This document shows, piece after piece, positions 9,401 through 19,790 of a stretch of 64,000 bases of DNA. This DNA comes from Candidatus Latescibacterota bacterium (lineage in GTDB: Bacteria > Latescibacterota > UBA2968 > UBA8231): NCBI GenBank assembly GCA_965217585.1, contig OZ244561.1, positions 7,136,001 through 7,200,000 of the forward strand. Reading direction: 5' to 3'. Made by a program: the position numbers and the translations under genes. The stretch's first letter is position 1. The number at the start of each line of letters is the position of its first letter. The notes beneath the pieces are model-generated. The model saw nothing but the letters and a program-made list of their open reading frames with translations. It was not told the DNA's origin and ran no database searches.

Positions 9401-12400
9401 AATTTCCGGGGTGGAAACGCCCCGGCCTCATTGAAGCTACCACTTGAGTATTTGTGACAAGTTCCTCTTTATTAGCAATTTCCGGGGTGGAAACGCCCCG
9501 GCCTCATTGAAGCTCGTTCCACGGCATCATGTTCACCTTCTCGATCAACAATTTCCGGGGTGGAAACGCCCCGGCCTCATTGAAGCACGAATACGCCGAG
9601 ATGGAGTTCTTTTCTGAGGGCCAATTTCCGGGGTGGAAACGCCCCGGCCTCATTGAAGCTCGAGTTGAGGAAAAATATTTTTCTTAAATTTTTGTTAATT
9701 TCCGGGGTGGAAACGCCCCGGCCTCATTGAAGCTTGATGCTTTTGACGAGCGCCAACCCGCCCCGCGATAGCGGGAAATTTCCGGGGTGGAAACGCCCCG
9801 GCCTCATTGAAGCATCGCGTAAGCTGTCGAGAGGGGAACCTGCCCGCCGAAATTTCCGGGGTGGAAACGCCCCGGCCTCATTGAAGCGCGCAAGGTCGCG
9901 TCTTTGCTCCGCGGCGCTGGCGTAATTTCCGGGGTGGAAACGCCCCGGCCTCATTGAAGCGACATGCGCACGGATGCGGCCTCGGGTCATCGAAAGCAAT
10001 TTCCGGGGTGGAAACGCCCCGGCCTCATTGAAGCAGAAAAGGCCGATAAGTCTCGGAGCATAGCTGTCGAAAGAAATTTCCGGGGTGGAAACGCCCCGGC
10101 CTCATTGAAGCGAGGTCGTATGGTTTGACCTGCCTACACCTACGGGCCAATTTCCGGGGTGGAAACGCCCCGGCCTCATTGAAGCCCGGATGGCCCACCA
10201 TTGAAGGCGGCGAATCGTGAAAATTTCCGGGGTGGAAACGCCCCGGCCTCATTGAAGCATTTCTAAGCTCCTTTAAATAAAAATCTAATATAATAATTTC
10301 CGGGGTGGAAACGCCCCGGCCTCATTGAAGCCCTCTGCAGAAGAATTCGCTGCAAAAAACTGAATACAATTTCCGGGGTGGAAACGCCCCGGCCTCATTG
10401 AAGCTCTTGCTGGTTTTGTTGCAGGTTCCTTACGGTCGCCGAATTTCCGGGGTGGAAACGCCCCGGCCTCATTGAAGCCGATATGCTTCTATATACATTT
10501 TTTGCCTTAGACAAAATTTCCGGGGTGGAAACGCCCCGGCCTCATTGAAGCAGGCAAAGCACCCCTATACTCACCCTCACGACAGGAAATTTCCGGGGTG
10601 GAAACGCCCCGGCCTCATTGAAGCCACCTATACCAGACTCTCTATGTATGCGCCCCGGCTGCAATTTCCGGGGTGGAAACGCCCCGGCCTCATTGAAGCC
10701 TTTCATGATTTATCCTTTCACATTTAGCTACTGAAATTTCCGGGGTGGAAACGCCCCGGCCTCATTGAAGCTCTTGGATGTTGGGGTAAGTTTCCTTACC
10801 GACGCTATAATTTCCGGGGTGGAAACGCCCCGGCCTCATTGAAGCGCTCCTTCTTGAATGAGTTGGATAGTTGATGCAGGCGCAATTTCCGGGGTGGAAA
10901 CGCCCCGGCCTCATTGAAGCGAGTGAGGATCGAGACATCCCCACAGGTCTCGGCACAATTTCCGGGGTGGAAACGCCCCGGCCTCATTGAAGCTCTCGCT
11001 CACAACGCGCAAAAGCTCACCGCAGCCGACAATTTCCGGGGTGGAAACGCCCCGGCCTCATTGAAGCTCCGATAGCAAGCTGTTTCTGTTGGGCAATCCG
11101 CAAGAATTTCCGGGGTGGAAACGCCCCGGCCTCATTGAAGCTAGCTATTGCAGGCTCCGCAAAATCCGTTCTCGGTAATTTCCGGGGTGGAAACGCCCCG
11201 GCCTCATTGAAGCACCGCTTGGGGCAATACCTATGGTCGTATGGGCCGCAATTTCCGGGGTGGAAACGCCCCCGCCTCATTGAAGCTTCGGCAACGCGAA
11301 CATCAGCGCCAAAGCCTCCGCAAATTTCCGGGGTGGAAACGCCCCGGCCTCATTGAAGCGATCGACTGCTTGCGCGACTCAAAATCGTTGATGACAATTT
11401 CCGGGGTGGAAACGCCCCGGCCTCATTGAAGCTCTTCAGCAGACCTTCAAAAAACCTTCAAATGAGAATAATTTCCGGGGTGGAAACGCCCCGGCCTCAT
11501 TGAAGCTTGGCCTCATGGGAAACAAGATACAGAAAGTTGCTCAATTTCCGGGGTGGAAACGCCCCGGCCTCATTGAAGCTTCTAGGCGGGCGGTGGAAAG
11601 GGGGATCTTCTGCATCAATTTCCGGGGTGGAAACGCCCCGGCCTCATTGAAGCTTCTTGTGAGAGGCCCTGCAGCCGGAACGAGTCGGCAATTTCCGGGG
11701 TGGAAACGCCCCGGCCTCATTGAAGCTTCTTATCGGCTAAATCCTCTTAGTCTAGGTTTGGCCCAATTTCCGGGGTGGAAACGCCCCGGCCTCATTGAAG
11801 CTACCAATTAGCGATTTAGAATTGATGCAGGAGAAAGACAATTTCCGGGGTGGAAACGCCCCGGCCTCATTGAAGCGTGCGGAGGGCGTTGACGTGCCAC
11901 GGCGATAGAAATAATTTCCGGGGTGGAAACGCCCCGGCCTCATTGAAGCACCGCTTATGGAGAGTAAAAGTTGCAGGGGGGTACGAATTTCCGGGGTGGA
12001 AACGCCCCGGCCTCATTGAAGCTGAGCCTCCCCGGTCGATTGTATCAGCATCTTCCCCAAATTTCCGGGGTGGAAACGCCCCGGCCTCATTGAAGCAATC
12101 ACACTGGGACGCTGCAAAGCCAATTTGACACGGCCAATTTCCGGGGTGGAAACGCCCCGGCCTCATTGAAGCATGGCAGCCACCGCGCTTTCGAGGATCT
12201 CCAAGGGGTAATTTCCGGGGTGGAAACGCCCCGGCCTCATTGAAGCTTGTATTCGACGAAGTGCTCGGAGTTGGCACCCGAAGGGGGCGCGAATTTCCGG
12301 GGTGGAAACGCCCCGGCCTCATTGAAGCTTGTGGTTGATGACGAACCCCTGGTTCTCTATCTCGCAATTTCCGGGGTGGAAACGCCCCGGCCTCATTGAA

Positions 12401-15400
12401 GCAGCTCCAACAGCGACTTGAGCATCGGCTTTTCGCCGGTAAATTTCCGGGGTGGAAACGCCCCGGCCTCATTGAAGCAGCCAACGAGATAAACGAATGG
12501 TTTCAGGCGACGGGAATTTCCGGGGTGGAAACGCCCCGGCCTCATTGAAGCGGCTATGGGCGTTGAAGTATGCTCCAGGTGCGACGAGAATTTCCGGGGT
12601 GGAAACGCCCCGGCCTCATTGAAGCTTGATGTGTGTGAACGTCCGATAAATATCGTCGCGTGAATTTCCGGGGTGGAAACGCCCCGGCCTCATTGAAGCT
12701 GGAAAAAAGGTCGCGCAGATCCACATCCAAATCCCAATTTCCGGGGTGGAAACGCCCCGGCCTCATTGAAGCTTTGAAACGAGTGTGTCATTTGGTGTCG
12801 GTTGGTCCAATTTCCGGGGTGGAAACGCCCCGGCCTCATTGAAGCCAAATAACGAATCGAACACCGAAGCATCATAGCCAAATTTCCGGGGTGGAAACGC
12901 CCCGGCCTCATTGAAGCTGCCATTCGGCATGTTTTTCCAGCTGGTAGGCCAAGAATTTCCGGGGTGGAAACGCCCCGGCCTCATTGAAGCGAGAAAATGA
13001 TGGCGTTCAAGGCATTCCATACGGCCTAATTTCCGGGGTGGAAACGCCCCGGCCTCATTGAAGCTATCGCCTCGCTCTCCCCCGCTCAAATCGACCAGTT
13101 CACACAAATTTCCGGGGTGGAAACGCCCCGGCCTCATTGAAGCGTGGCCTCAATCAGAGTATCGTCCAGCTCAACAATACGGATTTCCGGGGTGGAAACG
13201 CCCCGGCCTCATTGAAGCCCGTATGACGACCGGCATCTCCGTATCCTCTCAGGCCTATTTCCGGGGTGGAAACGCCCCGGCCTCATTGAAGCGATTGGAG
13301 TTCAGCAAATGAAAGTCCTCATCGCCTGCATTTCCGGGGTGGAAACGCCCCGGCCTCATTGAAGCTTATCAGCGACGAGCTGCCCAACGGCACGGCCTCC
13401 CGATTTCCGGGGTGGAAACGCCCCGGCCTCATTGAAGCTCAGTATCAGTGCGAGCGGATACCCGATGTTCTGACAAATTTCCGGGGTGGAAACGCCCCGG
13501 CCTCATTGAAGCTGTACATGCTGGATACCCTTACCCTTGCAGGTGGTACAATTTCCGGGGTGGAAACGCCCCGGCCTCATTGAAGCTTGGGCTTACGCTG
13601 CCGGTAACAGTCGGCTGTCCTGCATTTCCGGGGTGGAAACGCCCCGGCCTCATTGAAGCCAGCAAAACAGGGGTAGCGACGCATCTGCATTGCACAATTT
13701 CCGGGGTGGAAACGCCCCGGCCTCATTGAAGCGGCCTGACGGGCAAGACGATCAAGGAAATCTACGTCATTTCCGGGGTGGAAACGCCCCGGCCTCATTG
13801 AAGCCTGTCGTTGATCGCGTAGAGCTGGCCGTTGTGGTTGGTCATTTCCGGGGTGGAAACGCCCCGGCCTCATTGAAGCTGTGATACCCGGTGTTGTCTA
13901 AGGCTACGTTCAGCCCGATTTCCGGGGTGGAAACGCCCCGGCCTCATTGAAGCGCGGTGAGATTGAGCACGGGCGTCGTTTTGAAAAAGATTTCCGGGGT
14001 GGAAACGCCCCGGCCTCATTGAAGCAAATAGCATTTTTTTTGTACGTGATAACTTCCTTAGATTTCCGGGGTGGAAACGCCCCGGCCTCATTGAAGCTCC
14101 CCCGAAGGCATCGAAGGGAACGTCTGGAATGTCCGATTTCCGGGGTGGAAACGCCCCGGCCTCATTGAAGCACACCAAAGGCAGCAACCTATCAGCCGAT
14201 GAGGTCATTTCCGGGGTGGAAACGCCCCGGCCTCATTGAAGCCGTATCTCATGGTCAAATCTTCCATCAACTTCTGCCCATTTCCGGGGTGGAAACGCCC
14301 CGGCCTCATTGAAGCCGTATCTCATGGTCAAATCTTCCATCAACTTCTGCCCATTTCCGGGGTGGAAACGCCCCGGCCTCATTGAAGCATGTCGTTGACG
14401 TAGAACATTTCATTGCGGATCGGGGCATTTCCGGGGTGGAAACGCCCCGGCCTCATTGAAGCTGGCCACCGTAGGTTGTCCGTATATCTTTCCAAGGTGT
14501 CATTTCCGGGGTGGAAACGCCCCGGCCTCATTGAAGCGCTGGGGTATTGCGGTCAAAGAATCGCTGTAGTAGCCCATTTCCGGGGTGGAAACGCCCCGGC
14601 CTCATTGAAGCTTGTACAGCTTGGCAAAGGAGCGGAACTGATCGGCTGGATTTCCGGGGTGGAAACGCCCCGGCCTCATTGAAGCCCGCAGGAGACATAT
14701 GTCCATATAGTGCAAAACTAAAATTTCCGGGGTGGAAACGCCCCGGCCTCATTGAAGCAGGTGTCGGTGGATTTACCCCAACCCATAGCGAGAGATTTCC
14801 GGGGTGGAAACGCCCCGGCCTCATTGAAGCACGGCTCAAGATTTTTCGCATATAGGCTACCTCGGCGAAATTTCCGGGGTGGAAACGCCCCGGCCTCATT
14901 GAAGCTGCCATCGGCGGACATTCATATCCTCAGACTGCATCCATTTCCGGGGTGGAAACGCCCCGGCCTCATTGAAGCACAGTGATCCTAATTTGTCTGA
15001 CAACAAAGGCAGACCATTTCCGGGGTGGAAACGCCCCGGCCTCATTGAAGCGAGGCCATGTCTCCTGCTTCGGAGTCGGAATTGCCGATTTCCGGGGTGG
15101 AAACGCCCCGGCCTCATTGAAGCAGCTCATCAGTGCGGCGACGCAACTCCCCTATCAGGTCATTTCCGGGGTGGAAACGCCCCGGCCTCATTGAAGCTTG
15201 AACACGCGCTCCATGTAGTCCGCCAGATCGCCCATTTCCGGGGTGGAAACGCCCCGGCCTCATTGAAGCTGCAAGAGGGACTTGAGATACGCCCGCTTGT
15301 TCAAAATATTTCCGGGGTGGAAACGCCCCGGCCTCATTGAAGCCACGGCGGTGGAGTTAATGACGCCCTCATGACTCCGTTATTTCCGGGGTGGAAACGC

Positions 15401-16004
15401 CCCGGCCTCATTGAAGCGCCGTCTCGTCGCACCAGGTCGTATCGTGCTGCGGGCATTTCCGGGGTGGAAACGCCCCGGCCTCATTGAAGCTCGATACCGA
15501 CGATGTAAAAGCAGTCCACCTGTTGCGATTTCCGGGGTGGAAACGCCCCGGCCTCATTGAAGCGCCGTCTCGTCGCACCAGGTCGTATCGTGCTGCGGGC
15601 ATTTCCGGGGTGGAAACGCCCCGGCCTCATTGAAGCCTCTTGGGAATATAGGATAGTCAAACACATTGCCATGATTTCCGGGGTGGAAACGCCCCGGCCT
15701 CATTGAAGCAAGAAATTCCGGTATCGCGCCCTGTTGACCGTGATCGAATTTCCGGGGTGGAAACGCCCCGGCCTCATTGAAGCAAGAGCAACGACTCATC
15801 CGAGATACCGCCCTGCTGCCATTTCCGGGGTGGAAACGCCCCGGCCTCATTGAAGCCTCAATCCGGCAAGCTCATTTACCACTGCCATGCCCTATTTCCG
15901 GGGTGGAAACGCCCCGGCCTCATTGAAGCTACTACGTCTACGAAGACACCGAAGCCGGGTCTAACCGGATTTCCGGGGTGGAAACGCCCCGATCTCATTG
16001 AAGC
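9401..16004 (+). CRISPR. CRISPR array, 90 repeats / 89 spacers, repeat (A)ATTTCCGGGGTGGAAACGCCCCGGCCTCATTGAAGC
   Basis: Manual count of 90 repeats; spacers average about 37 nt. Hairpin CCGGGGTG-GAAA-CGCCCCGG and 3' ATTGAAGC handle are typical of I-G; last repeat (15969-16004) is degenerate. Confidence 0.98.
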
Positions 16005-16053
16005 GCTCCAATCGAGTTGGGTGATTGTATCGCTTCTGAGAAGAGATTATCTT

Positions 16054-16064
16054 AAGTTAAACTT
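16054..16064. promoter_or_regulatory. Possible operator of TA module 1 (AAGTT-A-AACTT)
   Basis: Short inverted repeat just upstream of the antitoxin RBS. Confidence 0.35.
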
Positions 16065-16080
16065 GAAAGGGGGCATGACT

Positions 16081-16326
16081 ATGCCAGAGGTGATCAGCGC
16101 CAAACAGCTCCGAGAGCGTCTACAGGATGTCGTTAAAAAAGTGCGACACGGGGAGCGATTTACCGTTCTATACCGCAGTCGTCCGGCTTTCGACATCGTC
16201 CCGGTTGGCAGTCCACCGCTCGAAAACGCGCCACTGGAATCGGATTCGCTGTACCAGGCCCCAGCCGTTGGGGCATCCGAATCGGGGGACGCTGCCGCAC
16301 GGCATGACGAGGTGCTGTACCGGTGA
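16081..16326 (+). CDS. Phd/YefM-family antitoxin
   Basis: ISAKQLRERLQDVVKKVRHGERFTVLYRSRP is a Phd fold pattern; overlaps the downstream PIN gene. Confidence 0.85.
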   Translation: MPEVISAKQLRERLQDVVKKVRHGERFTVLYRSRPAFDIVPVGSPPLENAPLESDSLYQAPAVGASESGDAAARHDEVLYR

Positions 16327-16730
16327 GGCAAATGTTCGTGGATACGGCCGCATGGGTTGCGGCCGCGGATAGCAGTGATACGGCGGGTTCGGCTGTACGA
16401 GAAGCTCGGGATCAATGGCTGTCGTCAGGAGGTATACTGACGACGACCGACTATGTGATCGACGAGACTCTGACCACCGTCCGGTTCCGCCTTGGTCTTA
16501 ATGCTGCTGAAGCTTGGTGGCAGCAAATCGACGGTTCGGCTCGACTGCGGATCGAGTCCATTGACGAACCGCGAAGAGAACGGGCGCGGTCACTCTTCTT
16601 CGGCTATCGGGATAAGGAATTCTCCTTTACCGACTGCTGCAGCTTTGTTCTCATGCGAGAACTGCGAATCCGTCGAGCATTGACGTTGGACCACCACTTT
16701 CGACAGATGGGCTTTGAAGTTATCCCGTAA
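16323..16730 (+). CDS. vapC: VapC PIN-domain toxin
   Basis: FVDTAAW, VIDE, SFTDCCSF and LTLDHHF PIN motifs. Confidence 0.9.
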   Translation: MRQMFVDTAAWVAAADSSDTAGSAVREARDQWLSSGGILTTTDYVIDETLTTVRFRLGLNAAEAWWQQIDGSARLRIESIDEPRRERARSLFFGYRDKEFSFTDCCSFVLMRELRIRRALTLDHHFRQMGFEVIP

Positions 16731-16769
16731 GCGCAGCAGGTTTTGACAAGCCGTGTGAAGTCTGTCGCC

Positions 16770-16961
16770 ATTTCCGGGGTGGCAACGCCCCGGCCTCATT
16801 GAAGTCCGTAGGGGCTCTTGTTCCTCGTCGATGCGTCCGCGGTAATTTCCGGGGTGGCAACGCCCCGGCCTCATTGAAGTCCGTAGGGGCGACCGGCCGG
16901 TCGCCCCTACATCGCCATTTCTCATATTTCCGGGGAGGCCCCGCCCCGCCCTCATTGAGGC
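16770..16961 (+). CRISPR. Mini-array of 3 variant repeats (16770-16805, 16845-16880, 16926-16961)
   Basis: Two identical copies ATTTCCGGGGTGGCAACGCCCCGGCCTCATTGAAGT and one more degenerate copy; spacers of 39 and 45 nt. Confidence 0.9.
16883..16910. repeat. GTAG-family REP-like perfect palindrome GTAGGGGCGACCGGCCGGTCGCCCCTAC
   Basis: 28-nt perfect palindrome; second copy at 58742-58768. Confidence 0.8.
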
Positions 16962-16983
16962 TTACCGCAACTTCATATATATT

Positions 16984-16998
16984 TGACTAACATAGTCA
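16984..16998. promoter_or_regulatory. Probable operator of TA module 2 (TGACTA-ACA-TAGTCA)
   Basis: 6-bp inverted repeat immediately before the AGGAGG RBS of the antitoxin. Confidence 0.55.
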
Positions 16999-17013
16999 TA
17001 AGGAGGAAAATCC

Positions 17014-17310
17014 GTGGGAAAGTCTCGTCGAGCCGAACAGATTGGGCCGGTATCGATTCCCGGCTGGAAGCTGGGGGAGGCCAAAGCCAAGTTCAGCGAG
17101 GTGGTCCGCCTTGCTGCTGCGGGCCAGCCACAGCGGGTAACGGTTCACGGTAAGGTCGTCGTGGTCATCGTCGCAGTAGATGAATTTGAAAATCTCCAGG
17201 CGCGGGAAAAGTCGGCCAGTTTGCACGAACTCCTGTCCCAATCCCCTCTGAACCGCATCGAGTTCGGCGACGATAGTATTCGGAGCCCGGTTCGAGAGGT
17301 CGAGTTGTGA
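17014..17310 (+). CDS. Phd/YefM-family antitoxin
   Basis: WKLGEAKAKFSEVVRLA..PQRVTVHG Phd motif. Confidence 0.88.
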   Translation: MGKSRRAEQIGPVSIPGWKLGEAKAKFSEVVRLAAAGQPQRVTVHGKVVVVIVAVDEFENLQAREKSASLHELLSQSPLNRIEFGDDSIRSPVREVEL

Positions 17311-17732
17311 ATGGATGGCTGCTCGACACCAACGTCGTGTCCGAGTTACGGAAAAAGCGGCCCGATCGTCGGGTGAAAGCATGGTCGGATGTGCAAGTAG
17401 CGGACAGCCTGTTCCTCAGCAGCGGCACGCTGGCCGAGATTCGGTACGGCATCGAAAAACAGCCGGACCCTAAGTTTCGCAAAGAACTCGCAACGTGGCT
17501 TGACCACAGGCTGAGACCCTGGTTTGCAGGACGTATCCTACCCGTGGACGAGGAAGTAATCTTGGAATGGCGCCGAATGGTTGCACGGGGCCGGGAACAG
17601 TCGATCACTTTTAGCCAGCCAGATCTTTTTATAGCCGCCACCGCGCACGTACATTCCCTGACCGTCTGTACCCGCAACGAGGGCGACTTTCTCAGGGCCG
17701 CCGTCCCGGTCTTCAACCCGTGGTCGGAATGA
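17307..17732 (+). CDS. vapC: VapC PIN-domain toxin
   Basis: LLDTNVVSE, EIRYG, DLFIAATA and TRNEGDF motifs. Confidence 0.92.
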   Translation: MNGWLLDTNVVSELRKKRPDRRVKAWSDVQVADSLFLSSGTLAEIRYGIEKQPDPKFRKELATWLDHRLRPWFAGRILPVDEEVILEWRRMVARGREQSITFSQPDLFIAATAHVHSLTVCTRNEGDFLRAAVPVFNPWSE

Positions 17733-17769
17733 ATATCGGCGAGAAAAGGTTTCTTAGGGATCCAAAGCC

Positions 17770-18561
17770 ATGAACGACCTCGAAACGCTACAATACCTGT
17801 TCGACGTGCAGGGCTACTTGGTGCTCGAAAACGTCCTCGACGCCGAGGAAGTAGCCGCTCTCAACCACTTGCTCGACGCGCACCTGCCGCCCGCAAAGGG
17901 CAACCGCTTTGGTGCTGCCCCCGACGGCTCGGGCTTTTTGGACTGGGGCCAGCCCTTTATCGATCTGCTTGACCACCCCCAGATCATGCCCGTGCTGCGC
18001 TTCCGCCTAGGCGATTGCTTCCGTCTCGACCGGATCTACGGCTTGTGTTTGCGCCACGGCATGTCCAGAGGAGCCCTGCACAGTGACTACGGCCCCACGT
18101 CGCCTACCTCCGGGGCGCAGCCGGGCCAGTACCATCCTCTGCGCGATAACCAGATCCTCAACGGCTTTGTCGTGGCGACTTGGAATTTGACCGATGCCGG
18201 ACCGGACTACGGCGGCTTTTGCTGCATTCCCGGTAGCCACAAGAGCAATTTCATACTGCCGCAACCGATTGCCGACGCGCCCGAACAAGCCCCCTGCGTG
18301 ATCATCCCCTCGGCCCGGCCCGGCTCTGTCACTTTGTTCTCCGAAGCCCTGACTCACGGGACGGCCGCTTGGCACGGGCACCACCAGCGGCGCGCCTTGC
18401 TCTACAAATACTGCGTCTCGCAAATGGCCTGGACCAACAGGCGCGTGCAACCGCCAGCCGACCTAACCCGGCGGCAACAACTTCTCTTTGGCGAGCCGGC
18501 CGATCCACATCGCTTTTTCCCCTCGCTCTTTGAGGGCGTTGAAGAAGAGGACGTCCCATGA
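17770..18561 (+). CDS. Phytanoyl-CoA dioxygenase (PhyH) family protein
   Basis: GYLVLENVL, LHSD, GGFCCIPGSHK and HG..RR Fe/2OG motifs. Confidence 0.85.
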   Translation: MNDLETLQYLFDVQGYLVLENVLDAEEVAALNHLLDAHLPPAKGNRFGAAPDGSGFLDWGQPFIDLLDHPQIMPVLRFRLGDCFRLDRIYGLCLRHGMSRGALHSDYGPTSPTSGAQPGQYHPLRDNQILNGFVVATWNLTDAGPDYGGFCCIPGSHKSNFILPQPIADAPEQAPCVIIPSARPGSVTLFSEALTHGTAAWHGHHQRRALLYKYCVSQMAWTNRRVQPPADLTRRQQLLFGEPADPHRFFPSLFEGVEEEDVP

Positions 18562-19756
18562 GGTCAATGCCCCCCAACCCCTTGCTCGAAGATCAATTAG
18601 CCGATCCTCTGTGGGAACGTTTCCTACACAGTTCCACCAGCAATTTGGCTCGGGCGAGTAGGCCGGATTTTCTAGGCGACGAACCTACACCTCTCCAATG
18701 GATGGCAGAAGACTGGGAGCGCTTAGAGGCCGAGCGCCGCGATATTTTTGACTTGGACAAGCTAGAGGCCCAATTCGACCACGACGCTTATCTGCGCGAT
18801 GGGTACGCCGTGCTGCGGGGCATCGTGCTCCCGTCCGTCATTGAGACTTGGACCAAGGTGCTGCAGTACGGCCAACGGCGCAATGACGCCCTTTTACAGG
18901 CGGACTGGAGCCAAATAGACTGGCTCACTTTGGGCCGCCGCCCGCCCGAGTGCCAACTCAGCGCCGAGGCTATTACCGGTGCTCTGGGCGGCAGCCAGAA
19001 AGCCCCGCAAAAAACCGACGAGGCTGGTGTGCCGACTCTGCGGCGGCACAGCGTTTTTACCGAGTATTTCCCCGCTGGCCATGTCCCGCTCCTCATGGAC
19101 GTGCTGACCCATCCGCAGATGCTGCACCTGCAGAGGTTGTGCTTGGGCACGGAAGCCGTGTATTTCGATCACAACCAGCTTCTGACGCGGCCACCGGGTT
19201 ATGCTGGCGGCGGCTGGCACAGTCACAAGATCGGTGCTGGCTACGACCGCGGCCCCGTCCGCGATGTGGCCGAGTACCAGGCCCAGCCCAATACTAACCT
19301 CACCCTGTGCTATCCCCAGGGCTTTAGCGCCGCCGATGATGGCGGCCTCAAGCTCATTCGCGGCAGCCACCTGTTCCGCGACCCGGACAACTGCCGAGGA
19401 GACACCGACGAGGAGATCGAAGCCGGTTGGCTCAAGGGGCGCGTCCATCCCATCACCAAGAAGCCGCTGACCATCGAACACCTCGAACTGCCCCCGGCTC
19501 GGTCGTCTGTTGCCTGTCGCACGGAGCACACGGCGTGGCTGTGAAGGGAGCGGACAAAGAGACTCGCTGGTGTAGCCTATACGCGTACAAAAAAGCCGAC
19601 GATCACACCGGCTTGGCGCAGCCGCCTCACGCCGTGCCGCCGCTATGGGCACTCAAAGCGCAGCGGGGCGAACTGCCGCCCGTTTTAACCGAACTGCTGC
19701 GCCCTAGCTTTGACCGCGCCTTGACCGGAGGCCGCACCGAGCCTTATCAAAATTGA
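18558..19756 (+). pseudogene. PhyH-family protein split by a frameshift at the C5 run 19491-19495
   Basis: Upstream ORF has WHSH and GLKLIRGSH; the continuation PGSVVCCLSHGAHGV with the distal His lies in another frame. One extra C restores LPPGSVV. Confidence 0.7.
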
Positions 19757-19790
19757 AGCACGGACCCCACACCTTTCGACGAGGTTGCCG

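Noticed and set aside
11251-11286. One repeat with a G-to-C change in the stem
   Set aside because: Isolated and not propagated; ordinary point mutation or read error.
9269-16080. Many short ORFs with FPGWKRPGLIEA / MRPGRFHPGN repeats
   Set aside because: Translations of CRISPR repeats, not genes.
16743-16771. TTGACA in the cas10-matching segment as a sigma70 promoter
   Set aside because: No credible -10 hexamer at 16-18 bp spacing in either copy.
16005-16975. 8-nt matches between post-repeat sequences (TCCAATCG, TACCGCAA) and the cas10 start region as crRNA-like autoregulation
   Set aside because: Too short, first bases mismatch and no TTN PAM in register; compatible with chance.
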